Shown here: positions 42,707 through 55,280 of the stretch, in pieces
Layout: each line of letters starts with the position of its first letter
Numbering within the stretch: the first letter of the stretch is position 1
NCBI GenBank assembly: GCA_964016885.1
Contig: OZ024740.1
Span: 99,944,001 to 100,008,000, forward strand
Direction: 5' to 3'
DNA length: 64,000 nt
DNA from: Eledone cirrhosa
Lineage: Eukaryota
Program-made: the position numbers and the translations under genes
The notes under the pieces: model-generated
The model's database searches: none
What the model was told of the DNA's origin: nothing
What the model saw: the letters and a program-made list of their open reading frames with translations, nothing else

Positions 42707-44914
42707 ATAATAATAAAATTGAAGACTAAAATCCAAAGAGGGCTCGATAAGGAAAATATATATCAGATATATAAGAACCGAAGAGCAAATATTTATTAAA
42801 ATAACAGATTAAAGTTTAAGCAAAGAATCGCTGCTTTCACCCTTAACGGGATCTTTTGAAACTAACAAAGTCAATCTGTAAACGCAGAACTGGATATTTC
42901 AAAAAACGTTGCAACCGGAGGAAGACAGGAAGACGATACTTTGGTTCATGGTGACGTTCGCTGGCAAAGAACGGGAAAAAACGAATAATACGTCATTAAT
43001 AGGAGCGGTGAAAAACAATTACGCGCAAAGACAGAACCACGTTTATGGTATAAAAGAGGTCGTAGACTAATGTTATCTAAGTGGTGCATAGAGACGTTCT
43101 CTGGCAATGAACGAAAAAACGAAGATAATAAGTCATATGTGGAGCGTGGAGAACAATAGCACGCAAAGACAAAACCACGTAAATGGTATAGCAGAAGTTG
43201 TAGACTAAAATTCTAACTAGGAGACCGAATGAATCTCCGCTACAGAGTTAAGAACAAAGTAAATAAATACAATACAGAAGTAATAGAAACAAATAAATAC
43301 ATACACGCAAACAGATACGTACATACACAAGCATACGCAAAACCTTACCATAGGTCTACAAAACCACGCACATATAAATATGTGTATGTGTGTATGCTTG
43401 TGTACAAATAAATAAATAATTATATAAACGTATATAAGTAAATAAATACGTATATAACAAGCGCACACACATACCTACAAATAAATACACGAAGGTTCGG
43501 AGACGTAAGTCAACTAAAACAAGAAGTACACATATACACACACCCACCATACGTACGAACCTGCATACTCACGCAGACGCAAAACTCCCATATACACATA
43601 ACCAAACCCTAAATACCAGAATATGTAAAAATGATAGGCCATAACAGTCAAATATACGTACGAGAAGGTATACATATCTTCACAAAACATACGGGTAATA
43701 TATACTTACCTATGCAAATAAGTAAAGGAATAAACAAAACATATACTTAGCTCCCACATCAAGACGTAAAATATCCACGTATAGATCGTGCTATCCGTTA
43801 GGGTATAACGTGGGGCTGTAATACAGGAAGGTTTTGTGCAATTTATGTTTACAAGCCGAAATTGCCTCAGATTTTTTGTTTAAGATGTGGTCTGTGGCGT
43901 AGAGTATTTCCAGGGCCTCAGCGGCACAGAGGTCACATGGTCTTTTATTTCCGTTATACGATCTAGCCCTAGCTAGGATCTCCCAGTGTAACTTATATTG
44001 GGTGTGGTTGTCTTTTAGACTCCAGATATAAGCCGAAAGTGACGTCATATTCCTTCTTAGAGGGTAACGAAAAGAATGGGTATGCATGTAAAGACGCTGC
44101 TTGAAACTATTGGCGGTTAACCCTATGTAGGCCCTATGGGACGTGGGTGTTACAACCTTACATTTGTAGACAATGTTACTAGAGAGGCAGTTCCCGGATA
44201 GGGGACAATCAGCCCGATTCCTACAATTACAGTTAGTACTAACTACAGGGTTGCACGCGTTCCTACGGCTAGGTAGTTTAGCTAAATTTGAAGCTGTGAT
44301 GTTATGTGCAAGGTTAGGAGTCGTAGAGTAAGAAATTTTAATAGTGTTTCTATTAAAAAATTTACTATGTTTATGTGTAGGGGGAAAATGCTTCGTAATA
44401 AGGGAAAGAAAGATCTTAGCTAATGGTGTGGCCACCTCCATATTATATGGTGGGTTAAACCAACAAATGCCTTTAAGGCTTCAACCTCTCTATACAGGTT
44501 GAGGCCAATCTCTCGGTCGTTAATTACCTCGACGTTACCCTCAATTTATTGAATGCGTTGTATTACCCGTATAGAAAGCCGAATGATACGCTTAATTACA
44601 TAAGTAAGCATTCCAACCATCCTGCCAGCATAACCAAGAACCTGGTAAAAAACGTTTCGTTGAGGCTTTCCCGTCTTTCCACCAACGAGCGCATTTTCAA
44701 CGACCATTCCACTTATTACAATGAAGCTCTTGCTCGAAGTGGATTTGTCGATAAGGTAGCATATACAGAGTACGGGAATAGACCTAGAAGAAATAGATCC
44801 CGTCGCATTTGTTGGTTTAACCTACCATATAATATGGAGGTGGCCACACCATTAGCTAAGATCTTTCTTTCCCTTATTACGAAGCATTTGCTTAAACTTT
44901 AATCTGTTATTTTA

Positions 44915-44920
<6 letters not shown>
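42703..44920 (-). mobile_element. Penelope-like element, same family as 37665: pLTR + 3' UTR + GIY-YIG (-), then inverted RT/thumb segment (+)
   Basis: ORF 43791-44441 is an intact GIY-YIG with CNCR..CPL..C; ~44470-44886 is plus-strand and overlaps the same protein region; ends with the pLTR tail GCTTAAACTTTAATCTG. Confidence 0.9.
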
Positions 44921-44966
<46 letters not shown>

Positions 44967-45052
44967 CTATATGTATTTATATACATAAATATATGTATAT
45001 ATACATATAAATATATGTATATATATAAATATATGTATATATATATATATAA

Positions 45053-45115
<63 letters not shown>

Positions 45116-45121
45116 AATATT

Positions 45122-45199
<78 letters not shown>

Positions 45200-45210
45200 A
45201 ATATATGTAT

Positions 45211-45250
<40 letters not shown>

Positions 45251-45459
45251 GTATATAGATATATATAAATATATGTATGTACGTATAAATATATATATAT
45301 ATATAACGATATATATATATATATATATAACTATATGTATATATATATATAAATATATGTATATATATATATAAATATATATATATATAAATATATGTAA
45401 TATATACATATAAATATATGTATATATATAAATATATGTATATATATATATATATATAA

Positions 45460-45506
<47 letters not shown>

Positions 45507-45521
45507 AATATTTATATATAT

Positions 45522-45590
<69 letters not shown>

Positions 45591-45598
45591 AATATATG

Positions 45599-45654
<56 letters not shown>

Positions 45655-45863
45655 AATATATGTATGTACGTATAAATATATGTATATATATATAACTATA
45701 TATATATATATATATATAACTATATGTATATAAATATATAAATATATGTATATATATATATGTATATAAATATATATATATATATAAATATATGTAATAT
45801 ATATATACATATATATATATGTATATATATAAATATATGTATATATATATATATAAATATATG

Positions 45864-45895
<32 letters not shown>

Positions 45896-46033
45896 ATTAT
45901 AAATATTTATATATATATATACAAATATATATATATGTATATATAAATATATGTATATATATATATAAATATATGTATATATATACATATATTTATATAT
46001 ACATATATATATATATGTGTATATATATATAAA

Positions 46034-46087
<54 letters not shown>

Positions 46088-46248
46088 TTTATATATATAT
46101 ATATACATATATTTATATATATACATATATTTATATGTATATATATATTACATATATTTATATATATATATTTATATACATATATATATATACATATATT
46201 TATATATATATATATACATATATGTATATATATATATTTATAAATATT

Positions 46249-46283
<35 letters not shown>

Positions 46284-46294
46284 TTATAAATATT

Positions 46295-46327
<33 letters not shown>

Positions 46328-46404
46328 GTATATATAAATATATGTATATATATATATAATTATATGTATATATATATATATATATAAATATATGTATATA
46401 TAAA

Positions 46405-46437
<33 letters not shown>

Positions 46438-46483
46438 ATTATATGTATATATATATATATATATAAATATATGTATATATAAA

Positions 46484-46519
<36 letters not shown>

Positions 46520-46520
46520 G
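44920..46520. repeat. ~1.6-kb degenerate (TA)n low-complexity array
   Basis: Almost only TA with TG/CA interruptions; all ORFs here are YI-repeat artefacts. Confidence 0.95.
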
Positions 46521-46691
46521 AGATGCAATTTGAGCAATATTAGGCTGCACTTTCTAGCAACCAGCCTACTAGCCGTAAGGCACCAATCACATTCTTTCTG
46601 ACTTGACCACTGCCACGTCACAGTTTCTTAGCCATCTTGAATTCGTTTCTGGCGGGGATCATTTAATAAAAATCTCCGTCCAAGTGAGTTT

Positions 46692-46772
46692 GTTTCCTGA
46701 TGAGTTCGAAACTCGAGAATTTATACTTGATAGGATATTTCTGAAAGCGAACGAAACCCTAAGGGTTGGAAC
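46692..46772 (+). ncRNA. Type I hammerhead ribozyme
   Basis: GTTTC-CTGATGA-GTTCG..CGAAC-GAAA-CCC TAA GGG-TT-GGAAC; all three stems intact; lies in an ORF-less ~550-bp island between TA tracts. Confidence 0.85.
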
Positions 46773-47112
46773 GTAATCCTTGTATGTGTATATGCATTTT
46801 TTCTTCTAACTTTAATTTTATACCTAATTGTGCCATGGTTGACGATATATTTAACGATTTCCACGTGCTATTGAAATGATGGGTAAATATTCTATGGCTG
46901 TTGATCGCGAATAAATGGCTATCGTTTATTTATCTATTATTTCTTCACAGGTGCCTTTTAATCTTATAGCCTGGTTTAATTGGTTTTTTGTGAGGTTGAT
47001 TATGCTCATTGGGAGAGGAAATTGAGTATATATCTCATCAAATGATTCTAAGGACATAATTTATAGTATATATATATATATATATGCCAACCGTGTCTAT
47101 CCCCACGGAAAA

Positions 47113-48010
47113 GTTTCGTGAAATAGTCTTTTTAAGACTATATAGTGCATTCGTAGATTTTTCCAAATTGGCGGAGAAGTATTTATTCTTAATTTTATTT
47201 TGAGTTAAGATTCTATTGGTTTTTTTCCCCCGGATTACAACAAATCTGTGGATAACATTTTTGGTCTTGACTTGTTTTGAATTGGGATTGAATTACTTTC
47301 CCATATCTTATGTTAAATATTTTTCATCTTGACGTAATAGTCACTTATATGTCTGAATTACTGTTGGCTTCTTGCTTACATTAATTTCTCTATTTTCTTT
47401 TATATATTTATACTCGGAATTTTTCCTTGAGTGCTTAACATTATTTGTGACTAATCCCGGTTTTTTTTTAAAAACCGTGATAATATTGATTTATACTGAA
47501 CTCGATATCTTTTGTTGAGTTTTTTCGGAATGTTTTGACTGCTGTTTCTTCTAAACAGGCGTTCGTCTCATTCTGGCGTCACTAGCCTTGTCTCCACGTC
47601 TGTTTATTATTTCAATTCCACGCGAGGTTTGACTGGCCTGCTTTTAAATTCCCCTCTGGCATATTTTAGTAGTGGTTTTAGTTAACGTGTTGAGTACTAC
47701 TGAGGAACGATTCTAACCGTGACTAACCCCACTGATAGGTTTCGTGAAATAGTCTTTTTAAGACTATATAGTGCATTTGTAGATTTTTCCAAATTGACGG
47801 GTAAGTATTTACTCTTAATTTTATTTTAAGTTAAGATTCTATTGGTTTTTTCTCAGGATTACCCAAAATCTGTGGATAAAATTTCTGGTCTTGATTTGTT
47901 TTGAATTGGGATTGAATTATTTTCCCATATCTTACAGTGAATATTTTTCATCTTGACGTAATAGTCACTTATATGTCTGAATTACTGTTGGCTTCTTGCT
48001 TACATTAATT

Positions 48011-48013
<3 letters not shown>
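47113..48013 (+). mobile_element. ORF-less partial tandem repeat (626-nt period) carrying an HHR; retrozyme/pLTR-like
   Basis: ~47113-47390 is repeated at ~47739-48013. Confidence 0.75.
47694..47774 (+). ncRNA. Type I hammerhead ribozyme
   Basis: GTACTA-CTGAGGA-ACGA..TCGT-GAAA-TAGTCTT TTT AAGACTA-TA-TAGTGC. Confidence 0.85.
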
Positions 48014-48062
<49 letters not shown>

Positions 48063-48072
48063 TATTTATATA

Positions 48073-48198
48073 TAGGAACGAGTAGGACCCCGACGGCTGA
48101 ACTCAAGCCGTTTCGACGGCTAATTATGGACTGAATTGCGTCCAGATTTAGCCGTCGAAACGGCTTGAGCTCAGCCGTCGGGGTCCTACTAGTTCCTA
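48073..48198. repeat. GC-rich fold-back palindrome built from the 3' half of a hammerhead
   Basis: Arms of ~50 bp; the right arm reads GCCGTC-GAAA-CGGC..GCCG-TC-GGGG. Confidence 0.85.
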
Positions 48199-48289
48199 TT
48201 ACCCACTCTACTACCCTAAGTATTGAGTACATTGGTGCGTTATGGTCCACCTGGTTCCTTACCACATTTCCTTCGTTATATATATATAT

Positions 48290-48354
<65 letters not shown>

Positions 48355-48360
48355 TATATG

Positions 48361-48391
<31 letters not shown>

Positions 48392-48872
48392 ATATATGAA
48401 TATATATATATATATATACTTTTATAAATATATGTATATATATATGTACAAATATATGTATATATATATATATAAATATTTATATATATATAAATATATG
48501 TATATATATAAATATTTATATATATATATATATATATAAATATACGTGGGAAAGTAAAAAATCGGAGAATAGACCGTTAAAACATGTTTATTTAAAATAT
48601 CACCTACGTACGTTTCGCACAGTTGGGCTTCTCAAGGGCATAAATAATCACAAATGTTCCTTATATAGTTCGGAAAGAGTTTTGGGGGTTAAATCTACAT
48701 CAAGATTCATTGCTCGCAAAAATATCTTGTTTTGATTTTGCAGCAGGTCATATAAATATATGTATATATATATTATAAATATATGTATATATATGTATAA
48801 ATATATATGTAAATATATGTATATATATAAATATTTATATATATATATATATATATATATAAATATATGTAT

Positions 48873-48907
<35 letters not shown>

Positions 48908-48929
48908 AATATATATATATATGTATATT

Positions 48930-49037
<108 letters not shown>

Positions 49038-49312
49038 TATATGTATATATATATATATAAATATTAATATATATAAAAGGATTAACAAAATATTGTTATA
49101 GGTAATCCAGTTAGAGGTTGTGAATTCTTATTATAAATAGTTTTACCGTACGGCGTTGTTTGACTCAACAAGAGGTTTGCGTAGGTGGCGAGTTTATGAT
49201 TTCACATGTATTCCTATATACGTTTATCTTGGAGTAATAAAATTGTAAAAGTGATGAATAACATGGTCAACAGTACAATAAAAAGGGATTTATTTACAGT
49301 CTGACAAAATTT

Positions 49313-49762
49313 AAATAAGTGACATTGTCACTATTTTAAAACAATAGCGTATGGTCTTCTAAATAGTTTTACTTAAGCATAGAGTGTATTGCAAAATACA
49401 CTATGTATACATTCATATATATATCGCTATTTCAGAGCACCAATTCTAATTTTCAATTTCTGCTGGACTGGCGACCGCTCTGCATAATCAGTTCCTGATT
49501 ATTACTGGAATTCTATATGAATCCAACACACATAATTTTCAGCAAACAGGAGGCAAAGAGAACTTTGATAAGTACCAAAAAGTACGAAACAGAGCTCTGT
49601 CAGTTTATCTCCCTTGTTTGCTGAAAATTCAAATAAGTGACATTGTCACTGTTTTAAAACAATAGCGTATGGTCTTCAAAATGGTTTTAATTAAGCATAC
49701 AGTTTATTGCAAAATACACTATATATACATTCATATATATATCGCTATTTCAGAGCACCAAT
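49313..49762 (+). mobile_element. ORF-less partial tandem repeat (318-nt period) carrying an HHR; retrozyme-like
   Basis: 49313-49444 is repeated at 49631-49762; ends at (TA)n. Confidence 0.75.
49534..49629 (+). ncRNA. Type I hammerhead ribozyme, U3-A8 covariant core
   Basis: AACT-TTGATAA-GTAC CAAAAA GTAC-GAAA-CAGAGCTCTG-TC-AGTT, with stem I extended by AATTTTCAGCAAACA/TGTTTGCTGAAAATT. Confidence 0.85.
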
Positions 49763-49764
49763 AC

Positions 49765-49834
<70 letters not shown>

Positions 49835-49837
<3 letters not shown>

Positions 49838-50330
49838 GTGAGTGGAGCGTGTGGGTTTTGGTGGAGGTGAGGAAGGAGAAGAGGTTGTGGTTGGGGTCAT
49901 GGAGGAAGAGGATCATGGAGTGGTCAAGTAGGGGGTGACACGAGTAGTGGAGGCGGGGGGGGGGGTCGAGGTTGCGGATGGTGGAGAGGGAGGAGTGGAG
50001 GGAGTTGCGCATGAGGAACGTGAGTGGGGAGGTATGAAAGTGGAGTCGGAAGCCTTCGGGATGAGGTGGAGGTGGAGGCAGCGGCTGAAGAAATGGATGT
50101 GGCTGGAATGCAGGGTCTTAGCGAAGAGGAGGTAGGAGAGTTGGAGGGCCGAATGGAGATAGTAGGGTGGGAGGAAGGGGGTTTGGAATCATTTGAGGCG
50201 GGTGTGGGGTATGTGAAGAAGGGATTTCATGCTGGATATGGTGAGTGAGGGGTGTCTAAGAGGAGGCGTGGTCAAACAGAAAGGGGGACGGCAGAAGAGA
50301 GGAGAAGGATGTGTTACGAGGTGGAAGTGG
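49835..50330 (-). mobile_element. Probable PLE (Neptune-like) N-terminal fragment
   Basis: C-rich minus strand encodes SHIHFFSRCLHLHLIPK(G)FRLHF across a frameshift, resembling the HxxFLxxC..PKG PLE N-terminus. Confidence 0.5.
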
Positions 50331-50637
50331 TACAAAGGGAATGAATGCAATTGGGATAAACAGAGACTGTAAGGAAATAGGAACGAAAAAATTCAATGCA
50401 AAAATTATCATAAACAAAAGAAAAAATAAACAGAAAAATCCTATATATATATATACACATACATATATAAATATATATATATATGTAAATATATATATAT
50501 ATAAATATATATACACACATACATATATATATATATATACATACATACATACATATATATATATATACATTCATGTATATATAAATATATACATATATAT
50601 ATAAATATATACATACATATATATATAAATATATATG

Positions 50638-50975
50638 TAGGCACATGGTTAGAGCATTGGCCTTGCAATCGAAAGGTTGTGAGTTCAATTCTCAGACCAG
50701 GTGATGTGTTGTTTCCTTGAGCAAGACACTTTATTTCACATTGCTCCAGTTTACTAAGCTGTAGAAATGAGATGATAGGGACTGGGTCCATATCTTTCCA
50801 CTGCAAAGTGGTCGTGTAGGTGCCACGGCAAACAAGAACCTAGCACTCACTGTAAATGATGTTGTTGTTCGGAAGGGCATTCAGCTGTAGAAATCAAGCC
50901 AAAATCAGTTTCCGTCCCACTCTTGCAAGCAGGGATAAAGCGGACGTAAAATGAAATGATGATGATGATGATGAT
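50638..50975 (+). mobile_element. tRNA-derived SINE (family B)
   Basis: Near-identical to 12965-13305. Confidence 0.85.
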
Positions 50976-51311
50976 ATATATATATAAATATATATATAAT
51001 TATATAATATATATTAATATATAATATATATATAAATATATAATATATATATATATATATAAATATATATATATAATATAATATATATATATTTTTTTTT
51101 TTTATCCTGCGTTCAGTCTTTCTCGTCGCTATGGTCACTGCGGCCCTTCTATCGATCAGTGTCTTCATTTTTCAAAGCTGTCTAAATGTAATGTTATAAC
51201 TCTAGGGTTTTATTCCCTATCAGGTGCTTAGATGCACACTGAAACTGCATTCGTTAGCTTGGCTGCAACCATGGCTTCGTTGATGCTGTCCTAATTTTTG
51301 TATATATATAT

Positions 51312-51347
<36 letters not shown>

Positions 51348-51350
<3 letters not shown>

Positions 51351-51750
51351 ACATAGACGATATTCGTTTGTAACAGATACACTGGAAGTCATTGAGAAAT
51401 TAAATGGAAACCTAGAAAATAACATTTAACATCCTGTATAATACAAATATGACTCCATTTCCTTCTATAAATATCCAGATAGATAACAACAGAAACTTAT
51501 GTTTGTGAGCATCTTGGACACAAATGAATGAAATACTTAAATAGACAAAACCACAAATGTCCACATAATAAGAGAATGTCAGTGGTAAAATTCCTACATG
51601 GAGGATTTAGCTTTTCTACAACCAACCAAGTATGGAAAAAAGAAATTCACAGAATAAAACAAACACTAATGCACAACAGATGTTCTACTACACCAACTGA
51701 CTGAGTCAGACATGAATACTGTGTAGGCATAAAAACATTGAAGCAAATAC
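51348..51750 (+). mobile_element. Very degenerate PLE RT fragment
   Basis: YIDDI directly after a TA tract, then KITF..PF..I.I-like thumb motifs in broken frames. Confidence 0.4.
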
Positions 51751-52249
51751 AAGTAGCACCACCTTTAAAAATATACATACCGTACATTATATGAATAAAA
51801 TGCATTCAAACTGTTGAACACATGAACATATAAAGAAACCTTATAGAATTGAGTGCAAAATGCATTAGACCAAATTATAAACGAACACAAATAACATGCA
51901 ATAAGCCACAAATATATAAATCCAAATTGGTGATACAAGTGAACAATACGGTTTATCAATTTGCGGTTTGTAAAAAGTGAAAAATTTAAAACTTCATGAC
52001 ATGAACTGTTACATTAGTCATATAAGTACAAACTCTTTCGTAGCTTTTTTTTTTTCGTGTGTGATATATTAGTTTTTATTATTCACAGTTGTATATATAT
52101 CATTACAAGTCCTTACTGAATGAAAATATAAACGTTTAAGAAATACAATTAATTATTGCTAGGAACCTCACATATGTGATACAGAAAATATATCAAATGT
52201 AATACATGGAAAAAGGGAAGCATAAATGAAAACGACCATCAATTCACCA

Positions 52250-55200
52250 CTGACTATGACAATTGGCCGAGCATCATAAGGATCATCGGAACATTTTGAG
52301 GCAAGCCAATACACTCATAACTTCATAATGGGTGATGGCGAGGCTAAGGTACTGAAATAACAGACACCCTTATTGGCATCACCTGACACCACAATAAGGT
52401 GAGCCACCAGTGATAACAAGAACTTTGCTCTCAGCGACCCATTTCCACCAAACGTCTCGAACACAACAGGCTGGAAAAAAATTATTATTACATAAATTCA
52501 GGTATTTCCGAATGTTATTCTGTTCGGCAATGGAAGCACAGATCCTTCACCTTTACCATGGCGTCCATGATGTGGGAGGGAACAAAAAGTTTGCTGACTG
52601 GGGTGTCCCAGATGAGACACCTACTTCTTACCCAGGGGCAAAAAGGTAAGGCTATCTGGTCTCTTCCCATCACTTGTGGATAATCCAGCCAGCTCCAGAA
52701 ATGAGAAGATATTTACCCGAGCTAGGGCCCATTTAATGATCAGGTTTAGCTAGATTTTGTGGGAAAACAATCAGCATTCAAGCAGCTGGACAAACCATGT
52801 AGGCCTGTTGAGTCGAGGGACCTACTACAGCAACATCTCAGACCCCCACAGACATCGGCTCCTGCTCGAAGTTCAATGGACTTGTGCAGCTCTTCCTGAT
52901 TGAGAAGACCACCAATGTTGGCCACAAACAGGGCATCAATCCAGTCTCCCAAGAACTTTACACTTGCGGAAAGTATGCAGCACCTAGAAAATTGATCAGA
53001 ATGATTAAGGAGACAGTTACAATTTTCTCTCGAATGCAGATTGTCCCAGACTTTCTGCCTCTGTCTATTCTCATCAGTAATGAGAACTGACAAACTCAGA
53101 AATCTCCACTGTAATAAAGCTTCATACATCTCCCTGGTTGAACTAGTCCATATTGGAAAGGAGAGGATGTCACCTACTAAAGGGGAGGAAGCATGGATAG
53201 AGGAAAGAAAGCAAGGTGGAAACAAAGGTGTGCATTTGTGCAGACCAAGATATCCAAGTCATTTTAGGAAAGCAGCCTGGTCACAGGACCCTGGAGAGAG
53301 TCGGACATTAACGAGATCCTCAAGCTCACTGAATATTAGGTTGTCAAAGCATTGTAGAGATGACGAGAATTTGTATGAGAGACTAACTCTGAGGAAATAC
53401 AACTTAAGGATTGATAAATAATTCCTGAGTATAAAAAAAAAAAATTGGTGAGGCTCAATGATTTTGAGGTTTTCTAAAAATTTGCTTGAGGTTAGCTAGC
53501 TTAGATTAGAAAATGGACTCAAAGGCTTGGTCAGTAATTGGGGCTCCAAGGGATCACCATGCTGATGAGACAGGAAACACGATGGAAGGGAAGGGCTCTG
53601 TGAGCAGATCAACAGTTTGGGTGGTGAGCTAGAGCTCACTTTTGGAACTGTTGACATGAACGCCCATATGACCCAGTTCCTCAATCATTGTTTTCAAGGC
53701 TGCAAGGACCTTGTCTGGAACTGCTCCGCCAAAAAAACAAACAAGCATCATTCAGATCCAGGTCAACTCACATCTTGGTGCGAAAAGAGCATGCCTGAGC
53801 TGGTCAACCGGTTGGACCCCTGTGGCAGATAGGACGAAATGGTTGCTGAAGTAGAGGTAGAATGGCTCTTGATAGGCTTGCCAAGCAAACTGGTAAAGCT
53901 GTGGGGCTCTCTCCTTTACTGAATGGAGGATGACATTTTGACTGATGGAATTGAATGCATTCCTGAGATCTAGTTTGAGGATGACCTTGTGAGTTCCAGA
54001 AGGCAAGTTAATAAATGCTCTGCTGGAATGAGTGGCAGCTTCACAGCCCAGCTTTATACCTACCCCTGACTGGATAGAGAAAGGTTTGGTGGACAGGCTG
54101 TTTGAAATCAAAGACGGACACACTTTCGCAGTTAGTCATAGCGGTGTGCACCCAACTGCTATGGAGCGGGTGTCACCGTTGATTTGTGAGGCCGGGCAAT
54201 TTAGCCCTAAAGAACAGGGGGCAAATATAAGGGAGGACATTTTCACAAGTTGACGAAATGAGTGAGCTTCTCTAAGAGCTCTAGACCAGCATCTTCAGCT
54301 GAATAGGAGACACCATGCTTGAGGTGCTGAGGTCGAAGGCCATCAATCTCTGTACCAGGACACCAGAAAGTATATGATCACATTTGTGATGTTAGCTGGG
54401 GTGAAGACAGGTTGCAAATAACCTGGTGAATCGGGCCAGTGTAAGTGATCATCTGGAGGGGTCAGAGGATGTTTCACTCACAGTCAATTGAGTGAATCAG
54501 TAGTGCACTGGGTGAGGGATGACAGAGTAGAGAAGATGAACAGCTCTTTGAATGTCAAATTCATTGAATTTGGCATTTACAGCCTTCTTTGAGTTTTGTG
54601 ATCATCCATTGATTTGAAGTGAGTTGACCACCAGCCTGAGATGACCAGTAGTTGGGGTTGAATCAAACAACACGAACTGCCATTTTAGGGAAAATGTGAT
54701 GGAAACGGATTTCATGTTGGACAAGTGGGAGCAAGAATAGTTTCTACCAAATCCAAGGTGTCATTGGATAGGCAGACATTCTTCAACAGCTTGGAAAGAG
54801 CACGAGCAAAACTGGTCCATGCTCCCTTTGGGATCCCATTAATGAGCTTCAACTCAGACAAGTCCTGGAGGGCAGCAGTAAAGTCCTCAATGGAGATTTG
54901 AACATCAGAACAAGGTTCTGACCTGCAGAGTGAATCGGAGCTGAAGTGGCATTAGTTCCATGTCCAGTTTGCAAAACTTTCAGCTTGAACATTAGTAATG
55001 CCAATGCAGCTCCTGTGATAGCTTAGGCTATGGGAGTGATATTTGATTGTCTTTAGGTATTGACTAGTATAAGAGCAGAGAGTGCAGTTTGATGGTGAAT
55101 TGGCAGCATCAGAGGAGTCGTCCTTAGAATTGGGATTCAGTTGGGGAGAAGACAGTGGGAGTAGGTTAACAATAGAGACAGCATTAACTCTTGCAGTAGG

Positions 55201-55280
55201 ACTCAATTGGGGGAATATGACGTTGGAGGCAAGCTAGCTGTTACAAGAGTGGTGGGGTGAATAAGGGGATGAATAGGGTT
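52250..55280 (-). mobile_element. CRE-clade non-LTR retrotransposon (RT + Zn knuckle + restriction-like endonuclease), degenerate
   Basis: DGLRPQHLK, GVG...GCEAATH, KLDLRNAFNSI, SATGVQ, C.C...DSTGLHGLS, GLSTSDGKRPD.LT, CLIWDT, LFQYLSLAI. Confidence 0.85.
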
